Shown: positions 40,291 to 49,971 of the stretch, one piece after another
Layout of the letters: the number at the start of each line of letters is the position of its first letter
Numbering within the stretch: position 1 is the stretch's first letter
Assembly (NCBI GenBank): GCA_039588295.1
Contig: JBDHAB010000004.1
Location: 96,001-160,000 of the forward strand
DNA: 64,000 nt
Reading direction: 5' to 3'
From: Gemmatimonadota bacterium
GTDB taxonomy: Bacteria > Gemmatimonadota > Gemmatimonadetes > Gemmatimonadales > GWC2-71-9
Position numbers and translations under genes: made by a program
Notes under the pieces: generated by a model
Told to the model about the DNA's origin: nothing
What the model saw: the letters and a program-made list of their open reading frames with translations, nothing else
Database searches by the model: none

Positions 40291-40818
40291 GTGCCGGCCT
40301 CTATCCGCCTCGCGTACCTCAAGCATTACCCGTCGGTCTGGGCGGCAGCGCTGGAAGGCGGCGTGGCCGACGTGTTCCCGGCGGAAGTCCGAGGCGCTCC
40401 GCTGAATCTTGACTTGCGGCCAGCCTACGCACCCGATCGGCGGCAGTACCACGCGACGCTGATCCTGGCGAGCCTGCTCCGTCACCGTCCCGATGAGGAC
40501 GCCAAGATCCTGGGGGTCACGCCTGTGGATCTCTACATCCCCGTCCTGACCTTCGTCTTTGGGCAGTCACAGCTAGATGGTCCGGGTGCGGTCATCAGCA
40601 CGCATCGGCTCAGCAACGAGTTCTACGGACTGCCGCCTGACGATGGACTCCTGCTCGAGCGGGCCATCAAGGAAGCGATCCACGAGCTGGGGCACGCGTT
40701 TGGACTCGTGCACTGCCCGCGTGGCGCCTGTGTGATGCACGCATCGAGCTACGTGGAGGACGTGGACCTCAAGGATCCCGACTTCTGCGCCGACTGCCGA
40801 AGGGGATTGCTCGACTAG
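40291..40818 (+). CDS. Archaemetzincin (M54) Zn metalloprotease
   Basis: HELGHAFGLVHC, CVM Met-turn, FCADC. Confidence 0.9.
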   Translation: MPASIRLAYLKHYPSVWAAALEGGVADVFPAEVRGAPLNLDLRPAYAPDRRQYHATLILASLLRHRPDEDAKILGVTPVDLYIPVLTFVFGQSQLDGPGAVISTHRLSNEFYGLPPDDGLLLERAIKEAIHELGHAFGLVHCPRGACVMHASSYVEDVDLKDPDFCADCRRGLLD

Positions 40819-41543
40819 GCCCGGGCGGCTGCCTGCTCCGCCGCACGCTGCACGCGCTGCTGGCGCAACCAGCGCTCGTATTCGTGTGGGTGATGCTGCT
40901 TGAGCTCGCGGAGCGAGATCTTCCCGTGCAGCCACACGCGACTCATCGGAAACACGCCAGGCTTGAGGTGCACGTTGTACAGGTGCCAGAGAATGATGGC
41001 GAGAAACGCGAGCAGACCCTCCCAGCCGTGCACCAGGAGGGCGAGGTTGTAGACCCACAGGGGGAACACGCCCAGCGTGATCTCGATGAACCAGATCATG
41101 AGGCCGGTGACGATCATGACCACGGAGCCCCACACCACGGCCAGATACTCGAACTTCTCGAACGGATCGTACTTGTCGAAGGGTGGCGGCTCCTGGACCT
41201 TGCCAAGCTGATACCGGAAGTGATGGAACACGTCACGGACGTCCTGCACCCGTGGAAGCATGTACCCGAAGTCGCGCCGCCCCTGCTCGGTGAACAACAC
41301 GTAGCCGGTGTGAAAGATCGAGAGCAGAATCAGCACAGCGCCCGAGAACCGATGGAGGAAGGTGCGGATCGCGAATACCCCTTCCAGCTGAGCACCGACT
41401 TGGGGGACCAACAACGGCAGTCCAGTGACGATGAGCACGGTGAAGCTCACCACCAGGACCTGGTGCTGCACCCGCTGCGCCAGGGTGAACCGTTCGACCG
41501 TGAGGCGGTCGAGATCGGGTTCGTAGGGCTCCCACTCACGCAT
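40815..41543 (-). CDS. FdnI/HydC-type diheme cytochrome b
   Basis: QRVQH, FLHR, EKFEYLAVVWG, VHGWE...WHLYNVH. Confidence 0.88.
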   Translation of the reverse strand: MREWEPYEPDLDRLTVERFTLAQRVQHQVLVVSFTVLIVTGLPLLVPQVGAQLEGVFAIRTFLHRFSGAVLILLSIFHTGYVLFTEQGRRDFGYMLPRVQDVRDVFHHFRYQLGKVQEPPPFDKYDPFEKFEYLAVVWGSVVMIVTGLMIWFIEITLGVFPLWVYNLALLVHGWEGLLAFLAIILWHLYNVHLKPGVFPMSRVWLHGKISLRELKQHHPHEYERWLRQQRVQRAAEQAAARA

Positions 41544-42906
41544 GTGCCTGTCCAGAATCTCGCCGGTCCACAACCCGGCGGCGGTACAGATCCAGGTAGA
41601 TCATCACGGCGGAGTAGATGACGATCCCGCCAATCATGATGAAGTAGAACCACTGCACGGCGAAGGCGAGCGTATTGATGTCGTCCCGAACGGACGCCAC
41701 GTGGATCTTCCCTCGGGTGACTCCCGCCCCGATCCCCGGGTGACAGGTGCCGCACGTCTCCCGGAGGTTTGCTGGGTTGACCATCGAGCGCGGGTCGGAA
41801 GACGGGAGCACCATGTGGGCTCCATGGCAGCTCTCGCAGTGGGCGACCGTGAGGATGCCCGTTTCGAGCGCGACCCCGTGATACGAGCCCAGGAACGTGG
41901 ACCCGCGCGCGGACGCGAGTCCGTACTTCTCGTTCAAATCCAGACGGTCATGGCATGCAGTGCACGTCTGCGCTACGTGGGTCGGGTACACGTGGGACTC
42001 GGGGCTCGTCACTGGCTGGATGGCGTGCTCGGCGTGGCAGTCGATGCACGTCGGCATGTCCATGTTACCGGCGTGGAACTCCTCGCCGTGAATGCCCCGG
42101 TCATACTGATCCATGATGCCGACATGACAACGGCCGCAGGTCTCGCACACATTGAGCCGGTTGGTGGGCGAGTCGGGGGTGGAGACGGGCTCGATCTCGT
42201 GGGCCCCGCTGCCCTCCCTCCCATGACAGTTGGTACACGTTGGGGCGACGGACAGTCCTTTGTCGATGAGCCCTCGCCCGTGCACGCTGTTGACGTAGGA
42301 CTCGATCGTCTGCACGTCGTCCTGCCCGAACCGTCCCATCCGCTCCGCGTCACTGTGGCAGTGCGCGCAGACCTCATACTCGGTCTGGTGGTAGACGGAG
42401 GAACCCGGATCGGACGGTTTGAGGATGTGGTGGTTCGTGTGGCAGTCCGCGCAGGTCGTCGGCGCTTCTCCCGTCAACGGATGCGGGCGCCCATGGATAC
42501 TGCTGCTGTGCTCAGCTCGCGCCTTGGCATGGCATCCGCCACAGTCGACCGGTGAGACCGTCCCGTGCGGATAATCCCCCACGTCGCTGTGGCACAGCGT
42601 GCAGCTGAACCCCATGCGGCCGTGAACGGATTCGGCGAACTGTGCTGCGTCGGTGTGCAGTCGCTCTGCCTGTGCTGAGTCTGACGCAATGCCGGCCAGG
42701 AACTCCTGGTTGCCGTGGCAGGCCATGCACACGTCTTGTGCACGGGCCGATGTGGCGAGGAGCGAGTGGAGTGCGAGCACGACCGTCAGGGGTGCAAGGA
42801 CACCGTGGTACCGGGGGGGTGACCCCAGGCGCCGTCCGCTCGTTCCCCAACCGAACCCGCGACCCCGACACCCGTGCATGGCACCGCCACCTCCGAGAGG
42901 GTCCAT
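41536..42906 (-). CDS. 11-heme cytochrome c with C-terminal TM
   Basis: 11 CxxCH; start uncertain. Confidence 0.88.
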   Translation of the reverse strand: MDPLGGGGAMHGCRGRGFGWGTSGRRLGSPPRYHGVLAPLTVVLALHSLLATSARAQDVCMACHGNQEFLAGIASDSAQAERLHTDAAQFAESVHGRMGFSCTLCHSDVGDYPHGTVSPVDCGGCHAKARAEHSSSIHGRPHPLTGEAPTTCADCHTNHHILKPSDPGSSVYHQTEYEVCAHCHSDAERMGRFGQDDVQTIESYVNSVHGRGLIDKGLSVAPTCTNCHGREGSGAHEIEPVSTPDSPTNRLNVCETCGRCHVGIMDQYDRGIHGEEFHAGNMDMPTCIDCHAEHAIQPVTSPESHVYPTHVAQTCTACHDRLDLNEKYGLASARGSTFLGSYHGVALETGILTVAHCESCHGAHMVLPSSDPRSMVNPANLRETCGTCHPGIGAGVTRGKIHVASVRDDINTLAFAVQWFYFIMIGGIVIYSAVMIYLDLYRRRVVDRRDSGQAHA

Positions 42907-43056
42907 CGCCGCACCCGGAAGATATCCACGCAGGGAGCCGGGACTTCGAATTCAGTGTGAGAATCCCTTTAGTCTGTTTAGTAGCAGGCACTTGGCTACT
43001 ACATTGTGGTTGGGATCGTGGACCGTACCTGTCGTTCCACCGTGACTGGGGGAGGT

Positions 43057-45885
43057 GTGGGCAATGAGGTGTGCCGAGGCGTGCGGGCAAACCCGCTAGT
43101 TCCTATCGCCTTTCTCGCGGTGGGGCTGCTCGCGAGCGCCGCTCCCGCCGTCGCGCAGGACGAAGAACCCTGCCTGATGTGTCATGGGAACGGGCAAATG
43201 TTCGCCGGTTCCGCGGACAGCGCACGGCTGCACGTCTCCGTGCGCCAGCTGGAGCGCTCCGTGCACGGTGCCGCCGGCTTGGCGTGCGGGATGTGTCACC
43301 AGGGAATGGATTTCCCGCACCCCGAGGAACGGCGCCAGGTAGACTGCGGGCTGTGTCACAGTCAGGAGGCGACGCAGCACCACGAGTCGCTCCACGGTCG
43401 GGCCGCCGAACGGGGAGATCCGCTGGCACCGAGCTGCGTTGATTGTCACGGAACCCACAACGTCAAGTCACATACAGACCCGACATCACCGACCCGGGTG
43501 GTGAACATCCCGTTCCTCTGCGGCGAGTGCCATCACGAGGGCACGCGGGTCTCTCGCACCCGTAACATCCCGCAAGATCGAATTCTCGAGAACTACTCCC
43601 TGTCGATTCACGGGGAGGGTCTGCTGCGACAGGGCCTCACGGTCACGGCGGTGTGCACGTCCTGCCATACGTCCCATCAGATCCTGCCGCACACGGACCC
43701 GCGGTCGAGCATTCATCCCAACAATGTTGCGGCCACCTGCACGCAGTGCCACGGGCTGATCGAGCAAGTACACCTGCAGGTGATCGAAGGCCGCCTCTGG
43801 GAAGAGGGACCCCACCAGATCCCGGCGTGCGTCGACTGCCACTCACCGCACAGGATCCGGCGGGTGTTCTACAGTGCCGGAGCGGCGAACGAGAATTGCC
43901 TCGGGTGCCATCGCGACGAGAGCCTGAGCGGTGTGGTCCGTGGCGATACCGTATCGCTGTACGTGGACGAGGCGGCATACGAGGCCTCGACCCACGGAGA
44001 GACGCCGTGCTCGCAGTGCCATTCGGAAGTGAACCCGGCGTTGTCGCGGGCATGTGCGGCGATTCGCTCGCCGGTGGACTGCAGCGTCTGCCATCCGGGC
44101 CCGGTGGAAGAGTACGGGTTGGGGATGCACGGCCGGCTCGCCGCCAACGGCGATCCTGATGCGCCGGTGTGTCTGGATTGCCATGACAAACATGCGACCG
44201 AGAGTCGCCTGACGCCAACGTCGCCCACGTTCCCGCGCAATGTGCCGGACCTCTGCGCCCAATGTCATCGCCACGGAGGGCAGGCCGCGATTCGGATCGT
44301 TTCGGACCTTCCCGAGCCCGTGGAGAGCTACGAGATGAGCATCCATGGGAAAGGGCTGATGCAGAGCGGGCTCGTGGTGACGGCGACGTGTTCCAGCTGC
44401 CACTCCCCGCATCGCGAACTCCCCGCCAGCGACGAAAACTCGACCGTCCATCGGGACAACCTCGCCGACACCTGCGGGCGGTGCCATCACGGAATCGAGG
44501 AGACCTTCCAGACCAGTATCCACTGGCCGGGGGTTGGGGATGGCGGAGACGCGGAACACGAACTGCCAACCTGCGAAGACTGCCACACCTCACACACGAT
44601 CAGGCGCGTGGACCGGTCGGACTTCCGTCTCACGATGATGAGCCAATGCGGCCGCTGCCACGAGAATGAGGCGGAGACATTCTTTGACACGTTCCACGGG
44701 AAGGTGTCTCGCCTGGGTGATGCGGCCGCGGCGAAGTGCTACGACTGTCACGGTACCCACAACATCCTCCCCGTGTCCAACGCCGCCTCGACCCTCAGTC
44801 GTCGTCACGTGGTCGAAACCTGCTCGCAGTGTCACCAAGGCGTGAACCTGAGATTCACCGGCTATCTGACGCACGCCACGCACCACGATCCCGACAAGTA
44901 CCCCTTCTTGTTTTGGACGTTTTGGGGGATGACGGCGTTGTTGGTTGGAACGCTGAGTTTTGCCACGCTCCACACGCTGGCGTGGCTCTGGCGTGGCATA
45001 GCGACGATGCCATTGTGGCACGGGTGGGCAGGGAGCAGTACGGGCGAGCACGCAGTCGGTGGCAAGATGTACCAACGGTTCACGCAGTTCCAGCGCACGC
45101 TGCACCTGGTGATGCTGCTGAGCTTCTTCACATTGGCGCTCACGGGGATGGTGCTCAAGTTCTCCCACATGGGATGGGCGCAGACATTCGCCGCGCTCGT
45201 CGGCGGCTTCGCCACCACCGGCGCCCTGCACCGGCTCGGAGCGGTCACGCTGATCGGGATTTTCCTGATCCATCTCTGGGATGTCCGGAAGCAGAAGCGG
45301 TGCTTGGGACTCTCGTGGTGGGAGTACATCACGGCCAAGGACTCCCTGATTTTCAACCGCAACGACGCGCGCGAGTTCTGGCAATCTGTCAAGTGGTTCC
45401 TCGGGAAGGGCCCGCGACCCAGGTACGGGCGCTACACCTACTGGGAGAAGTTCGACTACTTCGCCGTGTTCTGGGGCATGTTCATCATCGGGTCCACCGG
45501 GCTCGTGCTGTGGTTCCCCGAATGGTTCACGAAGGTCATTCCTGGGCAGTCGGTGAACATCGCGACGATTCTCCACAGTGACGAGGCGTTGCTCGCGGTG
45601 GCGTTCATCTTCACAGTCCACTTCTTCAACACGCACTTCCGTCCCGACAAGTTCCCCATGGATCCGGTCATCTTCACGGGACGGGTGACGGTCGAAGAGT
45701 TCAAGCGCGATAAGCCGGCAGAGTACGAGGACCTGGTAGAGCGCGGCAAGTTGGAAGAGCACATGGTCGATCCCTATCCGGAGCGGTGGGCGCGCGTGGC
45801 AACGATCTTCGGCATGACGGCGCTCGTGATCGGCGTCACGCTCATCGTGTTGATCGTGTACTCGATGCTGTTCGGCTACCGCTGA
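43057..45885 (+). CDS. CbcL-like fusion: 19-heme cytochrome c plus FdnI-type cytochrome b
   Basis: Signal peptide, 19 CxxCH, then QRTLH, ALHR, WEKFDYFAVFWG, HSDEALLA...HFFNTH; start about 43057-43081. Confidence 0.9.
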   Translation: MGNEVCRGVRANPLVPIAFLAVGLLASAAPAVAQDEEPCLMCHGNGQMFAGSADSARLHVSVRQLERSVHGAAGLACGMCHQGMDFPHPEERRQVDCGLCHSQEATQHHESLHGRAAERGDPLAPSCVDCHGTHNVKSHTDPTSPTRVVNIPFLCGECHHEGTRVSRTRNIPQDRILENYSLSIHGEGLLRQGLTVTAVCTSCHTSHQILPHTDPRSSIHPNNVAATCTQCHGLIEQVHLQVIEGRLWEEGPHQIPACVDCHSPHRIRRVFYSAGAANENCLGCHRDESLSGVVRGDTVSLYVDEAAYEASTHGETPCSQCHSEVNPALSRACAAIRSPVDCSVCHPGPVEEYGLGMHGRLAANGDPDAPVCLDCHDKHATESRLTPTSPTFPRNVPDLCAQCHRHGGQAAIRIVSDLPEPVESYEMSIHGKGLMQSGLVVTATCSSCHSPHRELPASDENSTVHRDNLADTCGRCHHGIEETFQTSIHWPGVGDGGDAEHELPTCEDCHTSHTIRRVDRSDFRLTMMSQCGRCHENEAETFFDTFHGKVSRLGDAAAAKCYDCHGTHNILPVSNAASTLSRRHVVETCSQCHQGVNLRFTGYLTHATHHDPDKYPFLFWTFWGMTALLVGTLSFATLHTLAWLWRGIATMPLWHGWAGSSTGEHAVGGKMYQRFTQFQRTLHLVMLLSFFTLALTGMVLKFSHMGWAQTFAALVGGFATTGALHRLGAVTLIGIFLIHLWDVRKQKRCLGLSWWEYITAKDSLIFNRNDAREFWQSVKWFLGKGPRPRYGRYTYWEKFDYFAVFWGMFIIGSTGLVLWFPEWFTKVIPGQSVNIATILHSDEALLAVAFIFTVHFFNTHFRPDKFPMDPVIFTGRVTVEEFKRDKPAEYEDLVERGKLEEHMVDPYPERWARVATIFGMTALVIGVTLIVLIVYSMLFGYR

Positions 45886-46042
45886 CCTCCCGAGTCCTGG
45901 CCCCGCAGCGGCTGTGACGGCGGGTTAGTAAGCGATTCTTTAAGAGAACCTTAAGAAAGCCGATAGAACGGCTGGGAATCTGGACGCATTCGACAGGGAA
46001 CCATACCTTAGGCTCGCTACCGTGCAACGGGGGGAGGGGCGT

Positions 46043-47446
46043 ATGGAACCGATGCTCTACCGCTCGATAGTCGCTGTCTGGGGGGTGGTCGCGCTGGCGC
46101 CGCCGCTTCACGCGCAGGGCTATCACGTTCGGCTGGACAACCGCTTCCAGTCCGTCGCGTACCAGACGCTCACGGGCGAGGAACTCAAGGCTGCGCCATT
46201 TGCGAGCACGCTGGACGCTTCCGCCTGGGGGTTCGGCATTCCCGGGCTCAAGCTCCACACCCGCGCACGGCTGACCACCGACTTCCACGACCCGGATGTG
46301 TGGCCCAGTGTCGAGCCCGTGCTGCAGCTGCTCGAGGGGTATGCCGAATACTCACGGCCCTTGTTCACGGTCCAGGCGGGCCGAACGCACGTGTTCTCGC
46401 GGCTGGGGTTCACGGGGCTGGACGGAGCGAAGCTGGATGTGCGTTTGCTCCAGGGACGTCTGCGTGCGTCCGCCTACGGCGGTTGGGGTCTCGCGCGCGC
46501 CGTCCCGTTCCCGCTGACGAGTGAAGAGGTCAATCCCCTCGGAGACTTCATCCCCCAGGATCGGCAAATCGTCGCGGGAGGCAGTCTCGGCTGGTCGCTG
46601 CCGTACGTCGAGGGCCGCATCCTGTACCAACGCGAGATCGATCGACGCGGTGACCAGGAGTGGGCGCTGTTCTCCGAGCGTGGGGCGATTGACGCCGTGA
46701 TCCGACCCATGGACCGGCTCACGCTCGCCGGCGGCGCCGAGTACGACATCGCCCGCGAGGAGCTGGGCAGAGCCGACGCGCGCGTGACCTACAACCAGCC
46801 AATGGGTCGCCTGCAGGTCTCGCTGGGCGGACGCCGCTATCGTCCGTTCTTCGAGCTCTACTCGATATGGGGCGTCTTCAGTCCCACGCCGTACACGGCA
46901 GGTTTCGCATCGGTGCGCGGGACCCCGATCTCCGGCCTCGAGGTGTGGACTCGTGGCGAGGTGTTCGACTACGACGACACCGGGGTCGCGTCGCCGATCG
47001 CGACGGTTGAAGACGATGGCTGGCGCTGGGCGGTTGGGGCCGTCGTGACGCGGGTGCCGCAGTGGGTGTTCAACGCCACGTATCACGTGGAGCCCGCGCC
47101 CGGTGCGTCGTCGCTGGGGTTTGACGCGAGCGCGATGTTCATGGCGCTGGACAACGTCACGATTCGAGCACGTGGCGGGTACCTCAAGCGACCCCTCGAG
47201 TATCGGATCAACGATGCGAAGGTGTGGACCTACGGCTTGCGTGCCGACGTCCGGCCGGTCCCCGGCATTTCGCTCAACGCCGAGGTGCTGCGCTACGATG
47301 AAACCCGGCAGGGTCTGAGCGCAACCGAAGTGGCGTTTGATCAGTTCCGGATTCACCTTAGTGCAACGCTCACGTTCGGGTCGGGAGCGGACAGGCCTGG
47401 TCTCCACCCCTCGATTCTCCGCATGCCGGAACGGAGGCCGCAATGA
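46043..47446 (+). CDS. Putative outer-membrane beta-barrel (porin of a porin-cytochrome complex)
   Basis: Signal peptide (LHA-Q), Gly/Tyr/Trp-rich amphipathic strands, no Cys; coupled (ATGA overlap) to multiheme gene. Confidence 0.65.
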   Translation: MEPMLYRSIVAVWGVVALAPPLHAQGYHVRLDNRFQSVAYQTLTGEELKAAPFASTLDASAWGFGIPGLKLHTRARLTTDFHDPDVWPSVEPVLQLLEGYAEYSRPLFTVQAGRTHVFSRLGFTGLDGAKLDVRLLQGRLRASAYGGWGLARAVPFPLTSEEVNPLGDFIPQDRQIVAGGSLGWSLPYVEGRILYQREIDRRGDQEWALFSERGAIDAVIRPMDRLTLAGGAEYDIAREELGRADARVTYNQPMGRLQVSLGGRRYRPFFELYSIWGVFSPTPYTAGFASVRGTPISGLEVWTRGEVFDYDDTGVASPIATVEDDGWRWAVGAVVTRVPQWVFNATYHVEPAPGASSLGFDASAMFMALDNVTIRARGGYLKRPLEYRINDAKVWTYGLRADVRPVPGISLNAEVLRYDETRQGLSATEVAFDQFRIHLSATLTFGSGADRPGLHPSILRMPERRPQ

Positions 47447-48354
47447 AGACGACGATGACGGTCGCCGCCGCCACCGTGATGGTGACCGTTCTGGGAGCTG
47501 GCGCGGCCACGAACGCCTCCCGACTGGAGACGAACCGACAGTTCGATCATACGAAGCACTCGGGCTTCGACTGCACCGCGTGCCATACCGATGTTGCGCG
47601 AGGGCAGTTCTATCCGGAGCCGTCGTTCTGCGCGGCGTGCCACGACGGGCGTGTACAGCCAGAGATCGACTGGGCGCCTCCGACTCCAGGGTCGAGGGCC
47701 AACCTACGCTTCCAACATGCGCCGCATGTTAGGGCAGTCGAGTGCGGGACGTGCCACGCGCAAGGGGGCCAGCGCACCGCAGCGGAGGTGTGCCTGGGCT
47801 GTCACGGCATCGCGGAACACCAGGCGGCCGATTCGCCGTGCACGCTCTGCCACGTGCAGCCACCAGCGCCGGCGTCGCACGAGGGCGGCTTCCGCGAGCG
47901 ACACCGTGTGCAAGCGGCGGCCACACCGGAAACCTGCGCCACCTGCCACGTGCGGTCCGACTGTCTCGACTGCCACCGGCCCGGCGCGGCCTCGCCCACG
48001 GGCGGGTATCATCCGGCGGATTACCTCGCGAGTCATCCCGTCGCGGCGTACTCGCAAGAGACCACGTGCGCCGACTGTCACAACGTCGGAGCGTTCTGCG
48101 CGACCTGTCACCAGCGAGCGGGGCTCACGATCACGGGCGTGACGGGTTCGGGCTATCACGACGGTACGGGATTCTTCGTTGGGGGCCACGGACAGGCGGC
48201 ACGACAAAGCCTGGAAAGCTGCGTGGCGTGTCACACCGAACAGGATTGCCTGAAGTGTCATGTCAATCTGAATCCACACGGACCCGACTTCGACGCACAA
48301 GCGCAACGGGAGGCAGCGGCGGCCGTGTGCGCGGTATGTCACGGTGGCTTGTGA
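47443..48354 (+). CDS. Dodecaheme periplasmic cytochrome c
   Basis: Signal peptide, 12 CxxCH in about 280 aa. Confidence 0.9.
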   Translation: MKTTMTVAAATVMVTVLGAGAATNASRLETNRQFDHTKHSGFDCTACHTDVARGQFYPEPSFCAACHDGRVQPEIDWAPPTPGSRANLRFQHAPHVRAVECGTCHAQGGQRTAAEVCLGCHGIAEHQAADSPCTLCHVQPPAPASHEGGFRERHRVQAAATPETCATCHVRSDCLDCHRPGAASPTGGYHPADYLASHPVAAYSQETTCADCHNVGAFCATCHQRAGLTITGVTGSGYHDGTGFFVGGHGQAARQSLESCVACHTEQDCLKCHVNLNPHGPDFDAQAQREAAAAVCAVCHGGL

Positions 48355-48365
48355 CGTACGTCACG
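48350..48365. promoter_or_regulatory. CRP/FNR-family-like site TGTGA-CGTACG-TCACG
   Basis: Perfect 14-bp palindrome GTGACGTACGTCAC upstream of tetraheme gene. Confidence 0.5.
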
Positions 48366-48478
48366 TGCCGCGGCAAAGACGGAACGATTGCAGTACACTT
48401 CGGGTAAGACAAACGGGCACAGGTGTGGCTAATGCATCGGTGCCCGCGGTTCGTCCATACGAGAGGGAGGGAAAACGA

Positions 48479-48877
48479 ATGCGCTTCGTGAGATTCGTAT
48501 CGGCTGCAGCTGTTGGCGGTCTGGGGCTCGTCCTCGCCACCGCGGCACACGCGCAGGCAGCCAAGCCCCCGGCGGTCAGTCATACGGTCGAGGGCCGCGC
48601 CCAGTGCTTGATGTGTCACAAGACAGGCGTCATGGAGGCGGTTCCCGACGCGCCGGCCAGTCACGTGGATCGTCCGAACGAAGCGTGCCTGTGGTGTCAC
48701 GCGGCTGATGCGGCAATCCAGACCAAGGAAGCCAAGGCCATTACACATTCCTTGGAAGGCAAAGCCCAGTGCATGATGTGCCACAGTGGGAAGCTGGAGG
48801 GGATGCCGGCAGCGCCGGAGGACCACTCAGACAGAGACGTCAAGTACTGCACCCTCTGCCACACACCTCCAGCGTAA
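48479..48877 (+). CDS. Small tetraheme cytochrome c (tandem diheme repeat)
   Basis: Signal peptide; two copies of H..EG.AQC.MCH...P..H..R...C..CH. Confidence 0.88.
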   Translation: MRFVRFVSAAAVGGLGLVLATAAHAQAAKPPAVSHTVEGRAQCLMCHKTGVMEAVPDAPASHVDRPNEACLWCHAADAAIQTKEAKAITHSLEGKAQCMMCHSGKLEGMPAAPEDHSDRDVKYCTLCHTPPA

Positions 48878-48900
48878 GCGCGCTCCACGCAACGGTTGGC

Positions 48901-48932
48901 GGCCCCCGAGGTGGTTCAGAGCCTCGGGGGCC
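48901..48932 (+). terminator. Hairpin ending the cytochrome island
   Basis: GGCCCCCGAGG / CCTCGGGGGCC 11-bp stem. Confidence 0.65.
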
Positions 48933-49015
48933 GTATTGTGTGGGGCACCCTCGAGGCGTTGCATCAATGGTGCGATAGCACCATCATCTTCCATGTCGTT
49001 TGCGAGGGAGAAGCG

Positions 49016-49489
49016 ATGCCTAGGCTCAAGGAGGGTGTCGAGGAATTCCTGGCGCAGCGGAGGATCGCGGTGGCAGGCGTTCGACGCGCAAAGAGCGATG
49101 CGGCGAACTTGGTCTATCGCAAGCTCAAGAGCGCCGGGTACGAGGTATATCCGGTCAACCCCAATGCGACGGAAGTGGAGGCCGATCGCTGCTACCCGGA
49201 TCTCGCCTCGATTCCCGAAGGGGTGGATGCCGTGGTGATCGCCACACGCCCGGAGGCGACTGAGCGCATCGTTCGTGAGTGCGCCGCCGTCGGCGTGCAC
49301 CGGGCGTGGATACACCGATCGTTCGGAAAGGGTAGTGTGTCACCGGTGGCGGTGGAGTTCTGCCGACAGAACGGCATCCAGGTCATCGCCGGCGGCTGCC
49401 CCATGATGTTCTGTGAACCGGTCGACGTCGCGCACAAATGCATGCGCTGGGTCCTCAACTTCACCGGCGGTCTGCCGAAGGAGACCTGA
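49016..49489 (+). CDS. CoA-binding protein (YccU-like)
   Basis: [26 protein letters not shown]. Confidence 0.88.
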   Translation: MPRLKEGVEEFLAQRRIAVAGVRRAKSDAANLVYRKLKSAGYEVYPVNPNATEVEADRCYPDLASIPEGVDAVVIATRPEATERIVRECAAVGVHRAWIHRSFGKGSVSPVAVEFCRQNGIQVIAGGCPMMFCEPVDVAHKCMRWVLNFTGGLPKET

Positions 49490-49971
49490 TGGTCGTACTC
49501 GAAACCACATCCGGCGAAATCACCGTCGAGCTGTACCCGGAGCAGGCACCCGCCACGGTCGAGAACTTCCTCCAGTATGTCGACGACGGGTTCTTCGATG
49601 GGACGGTCTTCCACCGTGTGATCCCGGGGTTCATGGTCCAAGGCGGCGGCTTCAGCGAGACCATGTCGCAGAAACCGACGAGGCCGTCGGTCAAGAACGA
49701 AGCCGACAACGGCCTCAAGAACGAGCGGGGCACCCTGGCGATGGCGCGCACTTCGGATATCAACAGTGCCACCTCGCAGTTCTTCATCAACCTCGTCCAC
49801 AACACGTTTCTGGATCACGGGGCGCGGGACTTCGGGTACGCCGTGTTCGGCAAGGTCGTTGACGGCATGGAGGCGGTCGATGCCATCGCCAAGGTCCGGA
49901 CAGGAAACAAGGGCGGTCATCAGGACGTGCCCGTGGAGCCGGTGACCCTCAGGACCGCCCGGCGGAAATGA
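49489..49971 (+). CDS. Cyclophilin-type peptidyl-prolyl isomerase
   Basis: [36 protein letters not shown]. Confidence 0.95.
   Translation: MVVLETTSGEITVELYPEQAPATVENFLQYVDDGFFDGTVFHRVIPGFMVQGGGFSETMSQKPTRPSVKNEADNGLKNERGTLAMARTSDINSATSQFFINLVHNTFLDHGARDFGYAVFGKVVDGMEAVDAIAKVRTGNKGGHQDVPVEPVTLRTARRK

Noticed and set aside
42986..43002. Sigma-54-like AGGCACTTGGCTACT in the divergent cbcL spacer
   Set aside because: -24 element matches but -12 GC is absent
19250..48950. Mobile genomic island
   Set aside because: No integrase, transposase, tRNA or flanking direct repeats seen; composition looks similar to the flanks
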